NCBI GenBank assembly: GCA_039922955.1
Contig: JBDTDR010000139.1
Coordinates: forward strand, 1-46,767
Direction of reading: 5' to 3'
Length of the DNA: 46,767 nt
From: Candidatus Tumulicola sp.
GTDB lineage: Bacteria > Vulcanimicrobiota > Vulcanimicrobiia > Vulcanimicrobiales > Vulcanimicrobiaceae
The position numbers and the translations under genes were made by a program. Shown here piece by piece: positions 34,406 through 43,510 of the stretch. Position 1 is the stretch's first letter. Each line of letters begins with the position of its first letter. Under the pieces are notes generated by a model. It was not told where the DNA came from, did no database searches, and saw nothing but the letters and a program-made list of their open reading frames with translations.

Positions 34406-35752
34406 CTAGAACTCCGTCGTTGAGGTGAAGTTGAAGCCCGTGATTTTCGCCGAGGGGGCGACGAGCGAGTAGTGGTAGCCGCCGGTCCGGGCCTGTTCGC
34501 GGGAGAACTCGCAGCGCCCGAGCAGGTCGACGATGCTGTCGTTAAAGCGCATGTTCCGCACGCCGCGCGCGATGCGGCCGTCTTCGATGAGAAAGGTTCC
34601 ATCGCGGGTCATTCCGGTGACGATTGCGCGTTTGCGATCGACCGTGCGGATGTACCAGAAACGGGTGATCAGGAGCCCACGTTTCGTTTCGGAAATCAGT
34701 TGATGGACGGACTTGTCGCCGCCGTCGACGACCAGGCTGCGCGGCTGGGGACCGTACGCGTTGGGCGCCGGAAGCGCGTGCCCGGTGTTTGGGCGATCGA
34801 GTTTTTTTGCGTAGTAGCCGTCGGTGACGACGGTTCGCACTACGCCGTTTTCCACCAGCGCGAGGCGCTGCGTCGGTTGGCCTTCGTAGTCGAACGGCAT
34901 CCCCGGCGCGAGCGGGTGGGCGTAGTCGTCGCGAACGGTGACGTTTTCCGAAAAATACGAACGGTCGAGACCGCCGCTGCAGAACGACGATCCCTCGTCG
35001 AAGGATTGCGCGGAAAAGTGATCGGCGAGGTAGACGAAGAGTTCGCCGAACGCCGGCGGGTCGAGGATGACGGTCCACGCGCCGGGATCCACGGCGAGCG
35101 GCGCGGCGCTGGTGCGAGCTTTTTCGACGGCGGTTCTTCCGGCGGCGCCGGGGTCGATTGCGCGCAGCGTCGCGGAGTAGCTTTCGCCGTATCCGGTCGA
35201 GTCGGCGGCGTTCATCTTCACGTTTACGCCCGCGTCGGTTCCGTCGAAGGACGCGAGCGCGCCCGAGGTGTTTGCAACCGTCAGGCCGGCCGACGACGTC
35301 GCGGCGAAACCCGCGGACCAATATCCGGCGTTCTCGGCTTCGCGGAAAATTGCATCGCACATCCGCGCGCGCACGTCGGCGTCGGCTTGCGCGGTCGCCG
35401 GATCGTAGGCGCCCGCGGGAGTCTGCGCCGGGGCGCCGGGCGGAAGAACCGGCACGAGCGGATCGTCGGGCGCGAGCCGCGCCATCGCGACGGCGCGTTC
35501 GACGACGTCGCGCAGCGAAGGCTCGTCGAGACGATTGGTTTGCGCGACGCCGGTGCGCCCGCCGAGAATCGCGCGCACCGAGACTCCGGCATCGCTCGCG
35601 GCCACGTTTTGGTTCGACATTTCGTGCGTAAAGCGCGTCAAGGCGCGGTCGCTGGCCGAAACCAAGACTTCGGTTTGGTCGGCGGTGGATAGGCTCAGGA
35701 CGTACGCGGCGAGCTTCTCGCGGCCGGCTGCGCCGTCGCCCGCGCTAGGCAC
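34406..35752 (-). CDS. pmbA: TldE/PmbA-family metalloprotease subunit
   Basis: TldD/PmbA-family length and C-terminal pattern (GMTRDGTFLIEDGRI...FNFTSTTEF). The GTG start overlaps the tldD stop by 8 nt. Confidence 0.8.
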   Translation of the reverse strand: MPSAGDGAAGREKLAAYVLSLSTADQTEVLVSASDRALTRFTHEMSNQNVAASDAGVSVRAILGGRTGVAQTNRLDEPSLRDVVERAVAMARLAPDDPLVPVLPPGAPAQTPAGAYDPATAQADADVRARMCDAIFREAENAGYWSAGFAATSSAGLTVANTSGALASFDGTDAGVNVKMNAADSTGYGESYSATLRAIDPGAAGRTAVEKARTSAAPLAVDPGAWTVILDPPAFGELFVYLADHFSAQSFDEGSSFCSGGLDRSYFSENVTVRDDYAHPLAPGMPFDYEGQPTQRLALVENGVVRTVVTDGYYAKKLDRPNTGHALPAPNAYGPQPRSLVVDGGDKSVHQLISETKRGLLITRFWYIRTVDRKRAIVTGMTRDGTFLIEDGRIARGVRNMRFNDSIVDLLGRCEFSREQARTGGYHYSLVAPSAKITGFNFTSTTEF

Positions 35753-37196
35753 CGTAACCGACTCCGACGCTCACGTTCCGAAAGCGGGCGGGCGCGGCGG
35801 CCTGCGTGGTGCGTCCGGTTTGCATCGGCTCGCCTTTTCCGCAGTTCGGAGTTCCCCACGCAAACCACGAGCGCGCGTCGGCAACGGCGTCGCACGCATT
35901 CCAGAACTGCGGCGTCATGCCCGCATACGTCGGATTCTTGAGCAATCGGCCGCGCTTACCGTTCTTGATTTCCCATCCCATCTCGCATCCGAATTGAAAG
36001 TTCAGGCGGCGATCGTCGATCGACCACGAGCGGTTGCTCTCCATGTAAACTCCGTCCTTCACGTCGTCGAAGAGGTGTTCGAAGGGTACGCTGCCGGGCA
36101 GAAGATTGAGGTTGCACATACGGATCATGGGGACGGATTCCCAGCCGTCCGCGCGAACGCAGGCGTTGCTTTGGCGGCCGATCGTCGCGGCGGTATCGTT
36201 GCTCATTTCGTAGCCGGCGAGCACGCCGTCCCGAACGATGTCGGACGTAACCGATTGGGTGCCCTCGTCGTCGTAACCGCAGGTTGCCATGCCGTGCTCG
36301 AGCGCGTTGTCGACGACGATCGTGATGTGGTCCGAGCCGTACTTGAGTTTTCCGAGTTGATCGATTTCTAGGAAACTCGTACCGGAGAAGTTCGCCTCCC
36401 AACCCATCACGCGGTCGAGTTCGGCCGGGTGTCCGCAGGACTCGTGGATTTGGAGCGACATCTGCGAGCCGCCGAGAATGACGTCGAAGGTTCCAATCGG
36501 GCACTGGGGTGCTCGCAGCAGCGCGGCCGCCTCGTGCGCGATGCGTGGGGCGTCTTCGAGCAGTTTTGCTGCTTCGACGATCTCCCATCCGCCGGATTGA
36601 TACAGCCCGACGTCGCCCGGATAGGTGCGAATCTGAACGTCGTCGTTTCCGATCGCCATCGCCTCGATGCCCGAGCCGGTTTGGCGGATCTGCTGCGCGA
36701 TGCGCGATCCGGCCGTGCTGTAGAAGTACTTGTCGGCGCGCCAGAGATCGAGCCACGCGCGTCCCACCGCAATCTCCGGCGCCGAATGCAGCAGCCGCTC
36801 GGCGTCGAGCAGGAGCGCGACCCGCTGCCCCAGTGGAACGTCCGCAGGATCGCGCAGCATCGGCGTGACGAAGACGTCGACGTACGCTTGCGCCGGCGGC
36901 GTACCGATGCGCCGCCGGGCGATCGCGGCGCTCGCGCGCGCAATCGCGACGGCGCGCGCGGCGGCGGCGTCTACCCCCGCATCGCTGACGTCGGCGCTAC
37001 CGGCGAAGCCCCACGCGCCGTCGACTAAAGCCCGAACGCCGAATCCGGTGCTCGTGCCGTCCGCCAACGTCGCTACGACCCCATTGCGCACCTCGATCCG
37101 CTCCGAGCGCGCGACCTCACAGCGTATGTCGGCGTAGTGCGCTCCCCGCATCGTTGCCGTATCCAGACCGCGCGCGGCCAGGGCTTCAAACTCCAT
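35745..37196 (-). CDS. tldD: TldD-family metalloprotease subunit
   Basis: HESCGHPAELD (HExxxH-type zinc site of TldD) and GMTPQFWNACD...FRNVSVG. ATG 37196 is preceded by AGGAGG. Confidence 0.85.
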   Translation of the reverse strand: MEFEALAARGLDTATMRGAHYADIRCEVARSERIEVRNGVVATLADGTSTGFGVRALVDGAWGFAGSADVSDAGVDAAAARAVAIARASAAIARRRIGTPPAQAYVDVFVTPMLRDPADVPLGQRVALLLDAERLLHSAPEIAVGRAWLDLWRADKYFYSTAGSRIAQQIRQTGSGIEAMAIGNDDVQIRTYPGDVGLYQSGGWEIVEAAKLLEDAPRIAHEAAALLRAPQCPIGTFDVILGGSQMSLQIHESCGHPAELDRVMGWEANFSGTSFLEIDQLGKLKYGSDHITIVVDNALEHGMATCGYDDEGTQSVTSDIVRDGVLAGYEMSNDTAATIGRQSNACVRADGWESVPMIRMCNLNLLPGSVPFEHLFDDVKDGVYMESNRSWSIDDRRLNFQFGCEMGWEIKNGKRGRLLKNPTYAGMTPQFWNACDAVADARSWFAWGTPNCGKGEPMQTGRTTQAAAPARFRNVSVGVGYGA

Positions 37197-37207
37197 GCGA
37201 ATACCTC

Positions 37208-39322
37208 CTAGTGTCCCGCAACGACGGCACCAACGTTTCTCAGCACGATTTGACCGCTGGAAAGCTGCATGCCTTTGGGCGCAAGCACGTAGAGAGCCAC
37301 GAGACGCGCGGCTTGCGCGCCCGCGGGCGGGAAGCGCACGACGACTCGGCGCCATCCCGGCCGATCGAGCCGCGTCGCGTCGATCAGCACCGTCTCGTTG
37401 ATGGTGTTGCGCAAGGCGATCCGCAAACGCGAGCCGCTTCCGTCGTCCTGCACGTCGAACGTCAACCCGATGGTTCCCGACGGCAGCGGAAGATCCGCCA
37501 TCGCATATGCCGCGCGCTCGTTGCCCCCGAACGCGTAGGCGAGTTGAACGCAGCTTCGGCACTGCGGATCGCGGGTGACGCCGCCGTCGCCCCCGCGCGG
37601 GATCGTGGTAAATCGCGCCCGATCGGCAAACGGCAGCCCGATTTCGTGCGAGCCGACCGTGATGCGCGCGGTCGAGGCCGCTTGGCCGACACGGACGACG
37701 ACGTCGGCGTCGGCGGCGGCGGCACGATACCGTCCGCTCGCGTCGACGGAGCCTGCGGTTGTATGCCAGTCCAGGAACGGCGGAAGGGCGAGTGCGTATC
37801 CTTGCGGATCGTAGGCCCGCGCCAAAAGCGTTAGCGTACCGCCGTTTTCCACGTTTGGCTTGGCGGGTGAGATCTCGAGTTTGGCCGGCGTCGCTCGCAC
37901 CTCGAGAGCGACCTCGCCTTTAAGCGCGCCGCTTCGCAGCGTGATTCGCCCGGTTCCCGCGTGCGTTGCGGTAAACTGCCCGTCGCGAATGACGCCCAGC
38001 GATTTCGGATCGACCGTCGCGGAAAGCGGCGCGCCGTTGGCGGTCACATGATTGGCTGCATCGACTGCGGCAACGCGAAACTTCACTCGAGCGCCGGCCA
38101 CGGCGCGAATAACGCCGGGCTGCGCAACCAGCCGCACCGCCGGCCCCACCGGCGCCGTGCTGTACGCGAAGAGGCCGTTGCCGACCGGACGCTCGATGCC
38201 GTCCGACGGACTATTGACCACCTCGGCCGTGGAATCACCCAGCCGACGCGCCACGATCGTCGACGAACCGCCGCCGTCAAACGCCAAGCCTTCGGTGGCG
38301 CCCAGGGCGCGCATCAGCGCGGCGAGTTCGCGCCGCGTGACGCCGACGCTGAGCGAGGCTTGGCGGCCATCGACTTCGATGAGGAACAGCCGGCCGTCGG
38401 AGGCGATGGCTGCGCCCGAGCAAGGAATGCGCTTGTCGTATTCGCCCCCGTTCGGGCCATCCGGATCGTCAAACCATGCGCCGTCGTGCAAGATCAGCGG
38501 GCCGCCGCCGATCGCGGTCACGATCGAGTCCAGGCCGATCGGCGAAAGATCGCCGCTGGCCGTAACGACGGCACCCGCCGACGGAACGTCGACGGATCCC
38601 AGCGCCCCGGGCCCGATTGCAACGTAGTAGCCGGGCGGCTGCGTTTGTAAGTTGTCGGCCACGGCGGTGACGCGGTAGCGGGCGAGCGGCGGCGTTCCGT
38701 CGAGCGGCTGCATCGCCACCAGCGTAAGATCGTCTTCCGGCGCAACGCTTCCAAACTCGGGCGTCAAGAGCGACGTCCCCCCGTTGGGCGGAGGCAGCTG
38801 ATCGACGGCATCGAGCGAGGTCGTGCGCGCTCCGATGGCGACCTGGCCCGAAAAGGTGAACTCGCCGATATGCGGATAGCCGTCGCGCGTGATTGCCAGC
38901 GCGTAGCGTTTGCGGGGCAGTTGCCAGAGGACGCCGCCGCGCACGACGACGTTGGTGGGGCGATTGGTATTCCCGATATCGAAATAGTCGCCGTTGATGC
39001 CGGCTACCGCGCCGGTCCGAGCGGCCATCGCCCCAACCGTTTCGCCGCGCGATTCCAGGGCGTCGTGGGCGAGCACCTGGCCGACGGTTACGTCGCGGCG
39101 ATGCGGTTGGATGGCCACGACGTGGACGGATAACGGGCCGGCGGCGGTGTCCATCGCGTACTCGCCGTACTCGATGCCGGGGGCGATCGTCTCGATGGTC
39201 GGCGCTTCCCGCAGGACGTGCGGGAACGGAACGCCGGGCGCAAGCGGCGCGGGCAACGCGCCCGCCTGGACGGCGAGCGGGGCGAACAGCAACGCTATCA
39301 GCGCGACGGTGAAGACTTTCAT
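37208..39322 (-). CDS. Secreted phosphodiester glycosidase (DUF2233/NAGPA-like) protein with Ig-like repeats and a C-terminal beta-sandwich region
   Basis: Signal peptide MKVFTVALIALLFAPLAVQA. GINGDYFDIGN, GGGPLILHDG and LAFDGGGSSTIV. Followed by two Big_2-like segments. Confidence 0.7.
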   Translation of the reverse strand: MKVFTVALIALLFAPLAVQAGALPAPLAPGVPFPHVLREAPTIETIAPGIEYGEYAMDTAAGPLSVHVVAIQPHRRDVTVGQVLAHDALESRGETVGAMAARTGAVAGINGDYFDIGNTNRPTNVVVRGGVLWQLPRKRYALAITRDGYPHIGEFTFSGQVAIGARTTSLDAVDQLPPPNGGTSLLTPEFGSVAPEDDLTLVAMQPLDGTPPLARYRVTAVADNLQTQPPGYYVAIGPGALGSVDVPSAGAVVTASGDLSPIGLDSIVTAIGGGPLILHDGAWFDDPDGPNGGEYDKRIPCSGAAIASDGRLFLIEVDGRQASLSVGVTRRELAALMRALGATEGLAFDGGGSSTIVARRLGDSTAEVVNSPSDGIERPVGNGLFAYSTAPVGPAVRLVAQPGVIRAVAGARVKFRVAAVDAANHVTANGAPLSATVDPKSLGVIRDGQFTATHAGTGRITLRSGALKGEVALEVRATPAKLEISPAKPNVENGGTLTLLARAYDPQGYALALPPFLDWHTTAGSVDASGRYRAAAADADVVVRVGQAASTARITVGSHEIGLPFADRARFTTIPRGGDGGVTRDPQCRSCVQLAYAFGGNERAAYAMADLPLPSGTIGLTFDVQDDGSGSRLRIALRNTINETVLIDATRLDRPGWRRVVVRFPPAGAQAARLVALYVLAPKGMQLSSGQIVLRNVGAVVAGH

Positions 39323-40599
39323 CGATGGACGGAACCATTCGCGGAACGGCGCGCATGCCATACCGTGACGGCAAGCGGATAGCTGCCGGTCCTAAACGGC
39401 GCGCCGGCGACTCGCCGAAGCGTTCCGGTGTCGAAAACGTCGACCGCGTCGCCGCGGGCACACGGGACGAACAAACGCCGGCTTGGCGCGTCGAACGCGG
39501 GTTTCCAGGGCGTGCGGCAGGTCGACAGCGGGGAATGTTTCTTCCGCAGGGTTATTGCGTCAAGCACGTGCACGACGTCGAGCGATTCGTCGGTGACGAA
39601 AAGCGAGCCGGCCGCGGCGTCCAGCGCGACCCCCAACGGAAACGTCAGATCTCCGCTGCGGGCCACGACGCGCGGCGGCGAGCGCCGCAGGTCGATCGCG
39701 ACCACGGCGCCGGGTGCGCCAAACGGCGATCCCGCGCTCTGATTCGATATTCCGTACAGCCGCCAACCGTCCGGAGCGAGTGCGAGCGAGAAGACGCGCG
39801 GGATCGCTCGAATGCGTCGCAGCATTCGCATCGACCGGGCGTCGACGGCCGCGATCGTGCCGTCGTTGACGTTGGCTACATAAACGATTTGGCGGCGCGA
39901 ATCGATCGCCAAGCCTTCGGCGGTTTGACCGGTTACCACGTGGGTGACGCGGCCGTCGGCCGTAACGCGGGTCAGCGCTCCACCGCCGTTAAGATCGCGG
40001 TTCGTCACAAAAATGGCGTGGCTCGCGTCGTCGATCGCGACTTCATCGCCTAGCGGTACGCCGTCGATCGCTGAAACGCTCCACGGTGACAGCGACGCTA
40101 CGGTTATGGCCGAGCCTTGGGTGTCGGTCGCAGCCAATCGTCCCGTTCGGTCGATCGTCGCGTCGCTCGGGGTACCGCCGGTGGCGAGCACGCCGAGCAC
40201 CGAAAAACTGCGCGCATCGTGAAACACGATGCCGTCGTAGTAGCTGACCACGGCCAGGAATGTGCTCGTGGGCGAAGGCGGTTCGCCGATGCGAACGTCG
40301 CGCGCGGCGAGCCCGCCCGCGTTGCCGGCGATCAGCATGGCCGTTCCCGGCGCGGCGGATTCCGGAATGACATAGGCGCCGCCGCCGGCGCGCAGGCTGC
40401 CCGCGCCGGACAGCGCAAGATGATATGGGGCGGGAAACCCATCGACCCGGACGGGAACGACGCTCCCGGGGACGTACGCCCAAGCGGCGGCGGCGATTTT
40501 CCCAACCGCACGGTACTCGCGCGGCGAACGCGCGGCGCTCGCGCAAAACGCCAGCATTGTGGCCGTTGCCACGGCGACCGCGACCGCGCGCCGCCGCAT
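39319..40599 (-). CDS. YncE/YVTN-type beta-propeller repeat protein, secreted
   Basis: Signal-like N-terminus MRRRAVAVAVATATMLAFCASA. Repeated blades (IVYVANVNDGTIAAVD, LFVTDESLDVVHVLD, RLFVPCARGDAVDVFD). Confidence 0.7.
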   Translation of the reverse strand: MRRRAVAVAVATATMLAFCASAARSPREYRAVGKIAAAAWAYVPGSVVPVRVDGFPAPYHLALSGAGSLRAGGGAYVIPESAAPGTAMLIAGNAGGLAARDVRIGEPPSPTSTFLAVVSYYDGIVFHDARSFSVLGVLATGGTPSDATIDRTGRLAATDTQGSAITVASLSPWSVSAIDGVPLGDEVAIDDASHAIFVTNRDLNGGGALTRVTADGRVTHVVTGQTAEGLAIDSRRQIVYVANVNDGTIAAVDARSMRMLRRIRAIPRVFSLALAPDGWRLYGISNQSAGSPFGAPGAVVAIDLRRSPPRVVARSGDLTFPLGVALDAAAGSLFVTDESLDVVHVLDAITLRKKHSPLSTCRTPWKPAFDAPSRRLFVPCARGDAVDVFDTGTLRRVAGAPFRTGSYPLAVTVWHARRSANGSVHR

Positions 40600-40600
40600 G

Positions 40601-41176
40601 TCAGTGAGAAGCCTGGAAGAATCCAAAAATGAGAAAGGCGATGCCGACGAGGCTTAATGCGCAGCCGAACCCAAGAAAAGCGCGAGTCCGCACGAGCGTC
40701 GAGATCGAAATAAGCACGATCGCGATCTCGAAGAACGACGTGGCGAACTGCAGCGTTTCGTAGGATTTAAGAATTTTCTCGGAGCGGACGTCGTCGGCCT
40801 CGGACGACGCCTCGAGCGTTTGCGCTTTTGTCAGCACGGCCGCCGAAGAATCTCGCTCCCGGTCGGCGAGCGCCTGCATCTGCTCGCGGCCCGCGGGCGT
40901 GCGTGGAATGCCCGACGCGATCAGCACCTGAACGACTTGATAGCGAACTTGCTTTGCTTCGTACTTGCCGTACGCATCGGAAGCCCGCGCCTGCGATAGA
41001 ATCGCCTGGTTCTTCACGGTGAGCGCCGAGATCGAGCGATGGTGGGTAAAGAACGTGCCGAGTGCCGCGAGGACTGCGACGATCGCGATGGCGACCGCCG
41101 TCAAGCGGTGACCGCGATGGATCGTTTCTTGCAGTACTTCGGCGTCGGCCAGGAGTTTTTGTACGTTCTCGCTCAC
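40601..41176 (-). CDS. Small membrane protein, DUF4337-like
   Basis: Layout recalled for DUF4337: helical N-terminus, TM segment AVAIAIVAVLAALGTFF, central ASDAYGKYEAKQVRY, and a C-terminal TM pair. The family call is from memory. Confidence 0.5.
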   Translation of the reverse strand: MSENVQKLLADAEVLQETIHRGHRLTAVAIAIVAVLAALGTFFTHHRSISALTVKNQAILSQARASDAYGKYEAKQVRYQVVQVLIASGIPRTPAGREQMQALADRERDSSAAVLTKAQTLEASSEADDVRSEKILKSYETLQFATSFFEIAIVLISISTLVRTRAFLGFGCALSLVGIAFLIFGFFQASH

Positions 41177-42483
41177 GTTTGGGTTTCGTCTCCTCGCTCG
41201 ACGATCGCGGCAATGCGTTCGAGACCGTCAACGATATCCGTTCCGGGTGCGACGGCCGTTTCCATCGTTTTGCGCGGATCGAACGAGAAACTCGCGAGAC
41301 GATAGTCGCCGAACGTGCCGGCGATCGCGACCCCGTCGGGGTCGACCGCGAAAGCGCGCATCGCGCGGCTGCAATCGAGGACCACGACGTACATCCGCAG
41401 TTCGAGCGCGCGCGCGCGCGCGATCCGTTCGATCCACGGCGAGTCCGTTTGCGTCGTCCACACCGCGATCGCGTACCCCGCGCGGCGATACGCCGCTAAA
41501 CCGGCCGGGTCGAGCATCTCGTCGTCGCAAACGCCGGCGGTTGGGACCGCGGCGTCGAGCGCCGCCCGCGCAGCGCCGTCGAACGGGGCTGCGATGACGT
41601 ACGCGTCGTCGAGCAGATCGAGGCGGCGATCGACGTCGTGGGGGAGCGGATCGACGGAGATGGCGATCCGCACCGGCGCGGCGTGGCCGAGCGGCCCGCG
41701 CGGCGCCGGTCGGGGGAGCTTCGTTCGGCGAGGGCGTCCGGTTCCGATTGCGACGGTCGCCGCGAGCGTCGCGGGCTCTAGCTCGCCGGCGATCGCGACG
41801 ATCTCACCGTTCGCATCGATCGCTTGGCTCTTGCCGCAGTAGGCCACCATTCCGAGTTCGGCGCCGCATTTATTGGCGGCGATGAAGGGCACGCCGTTTT
41901 CGTAAGCGCGCACCCGGGCGAGCAAGTCCGCTTGCACGTTTTCGAGCGCCTTCGGGTTGCGTCCGCTGGTCACCCAGGCGGTCGGCATCACGAGCATCTC
42001 GGCGCCGCGGTCGACGAGCGCGCGCGCAATCGTCGGTATGCGGCCGTCCGCGCAAACGAGCACGCCGAGCTTCCCGAGCGTTGTGTCGACCGGGGCGATG
42101 CGTTCGCCCGGCTCGAACCAGCGCCGGTCGAAATGCCAAAGGAAGAGCTTGTCCGCACGGCCGGCCAGCGACCCATCGCGATCGATGACCATGGCGGCAT
42201 TGCGGCGTAACGACTTTCCGGAACGTACGGCACCGGCAACGATGACCGTGCCCGTGCGCTTCGCCACCGCGGCGAGCCGGTCGAGTGCGAAGTCTGTTGC
42301 CGTATCGTCGACGGGCGCGTCGCCCAGCACGTAGGCCGGCACGGTACCCTCGGGAAGCACGACGAGGTCGGCGGTTTTCGATGCCTCGGCCGCGGCCGCG
42401 ACAATTGCATCGAACGACCGCTCAAAATCGTCGCGGCCGTGCGCCCTAAGCTGCAAAACCGCGACGCGGACCGAGCGATTCAT
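41173..42483 (-). CDS. Carbon-nitrogen hydrolase (nitrilase superfamily) with an extra C-terminal CN-hydrolase-like half
   Basis: Catalytic E-K-C context is [15 protein letters not shown] and VLVCADG. The C-terminal ~160 aa ([16 protein letters not shown]...) look like a degenerate second module. Confidence 0.7.
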   Translation of the reverse strand: MNRSVRVAVLQLRAHGRDDFERSFDAIVAAAAEASKTADLVVLPEGTVPAYVLGDAPVDDTATDFALDRLAAVAKRTGTVIVAGAVRSGKSLRRNAAMVIDRDGSLAGRADKLFLWHFDRRWFEPGERIAPVDTTLGKLGVLVCADGRIPTIARALVDRGAEMLVMPTAWVTSGRNPKALENVQADLLARVRAYENGVPFIAANKCGAELGMVAYCGKSQAIDANGEIVAIAGELEPATLAATVAIGTGRPRRTKLPRPAPRGPLGHAAPVRIAISVDPLPHDVDRRLDLLDDAYVIAAPFDGAARAALDAAVPTAGVCDDEMLDPAGLAAYRRAGYAIAVWTTQTDSPWIERIARARALELRMYVVVLDCSRAMRAFAVDPDGVAIAGTFGDYRLASFSFDPRKTMETAVAPGTDIVDGLERIAAIVERGDETQT

Positions 42484-42631
42484 GCCCGCGCAACTTCGCG
42501 ACGAGCACGCAAGCGCCCCTCCGCTCGCCGCTTGCCGGAAGGCAGTGGCTACGCGTGCGGGAAACGTTCGAACCTCGATGCGCGTTATTAACCGGAGCGA
42601 GCGCGACTGCTCCAAGGGAGAATCATCGTAC

Positions 42632-43423
42632 GTGAGAGGTAGTCTATTAGGGTCATTGACCGCGTTCGCGATCGCGAGCGGCGCCCTCGGGTTGCCGGGA
42701 ATCGCCAACCCCGCGGTGGCTGCGTCCGCCGCGACGCCGGCCCCCGCAAAAAAAGATCCGTGCGGTGACACGAAAAGCAAGTGGGCGCACTTGCAATGCC
42801 AGGAGTACACCAGCTCGGCGCCCGGGGACGAATATTTCGGGCGGATGAAGATCAGCTATCTGGGCATCGACAACACGTTTAAGGACGGCGTGATCAGCGC
42901 GGGCGCTTACACGACCGACGAGCGCCTCATCTCCAAGCTCCGCTTCGCCGACGAAGCGTTGCAGCGCTGGGCCGCAAAATACCCCGGCGATCCGCAGCTG
43001 CCGCGAGCCTACTTCCTGGGCGTTCAAGTCTTCCGTAAAGTTTACACCGAGCCCGGACAGAATACCGCGTGGCAGTACATGCAAGTCCTGGTCCACAACT
43101 ATCCGACCACGTACTTCGGTAAAACCATAAAGGCCAGCGTCGCCAAAGGGTTCACCGAGCATTGGGTGGCAGCGGCCCTGCCCTGCCCGACGCCGCTGCC
43201 CCGCGGCGTCAAGCCGGAAACCACGCCCAGCGCCACCGCAACCCCGTCCCCTGCGCCGGGTCAACCGTCCGTCGAGATCATCACCCCTCCCTGCGTCCAA
43301 CCTACACCGACGCCAAGCCCCGAACCAACGATCTCCGCATCGCCATCGCCGACGCCAAGCCCCGAACCAACGATCTCCGCATCGCCATCGCCGACGACAA
43401 CCCCGCACCGGGATAAAACATAG
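42632..43423 (+). CDS. Secreted hypothetical protein with a Pro/Thr/Ser-rich repeat tail
   Basis: GTG 42632 follows AAGGGAG. Signal peptide [29 protein letters not shown]. The globular ~190 aa is not recognised. Confidence 0.55.
   Translation: MRGSLLGSLTAFAIASGALGLPGIANPAVAASAATPAPAKKDPCGDTKSKWAHLQCQEYTSSAPGDEYFGRMKISYLGIDNTFKDGVISAGAYTTDERLISKLRFADEALQRWAAKYPGDPQLPRAYFLGVQVFRKVYTEPGQNTAWQYMQVLVHNYPTTYFGKTIKASVAKGFTEHWVAAALPCPTPLPRGVKPETTPSATATPSPAPGQPSVEIITPPCVQPTPTPSPEPTISASPSPTPSPEPTISASPSPTTTPHRDKT
43308..43391. repeat. Perfect 42-bp tandem duplication inside the CDS
   Basis: cgacgccaagccccgaaccaacgatctccgcatcgccatcgc occurs at 43308-43349 and again at 43350-43391. It encodes [14 protein letters not shown] twice. 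Confidence 0.9.
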
Positions 43424-43457
43424 TTTCAAAAGCGCAGCCCGAATCAAAGACGAAGAA

Positions 43458-43489
43458 AAGGGCCCCCGGCAAACTTGCCGGAGGCCCTT
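43458..43489. terminator. GC-rich hairpin between convergent genes (candidate bidirectional terminator)
   Basis: aagggcccccggca-aact-tgccggaggccctt forms a stem of about 14 bp with 1 mismatch. It is flanked by an A-rich 5' side and a T-containing 3' side. Confidence 0.6.
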
Positions 43490-43510
43490 CCATTTGGACT
43501 CGGCGCGAAG

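Noticed and set aside
34258-34602. 114-aa minus-strand ORF crossing the intergenic inverted repeat
   Set aside because: Its 5' two-thirds overlap the pmbA 3' end in another frame, and the rest is the palindromic element. The composition is low-complexity Ala/Ser/Pro.
38469-39461. 330-aa minus-strand alternative-frame ORF within the glycosidase gene
   Set aside because: It has an Arg/Pro-rich composition. The neighbouring frame carries the signal peptide and the DGGGSS/GINGDYF motifs.
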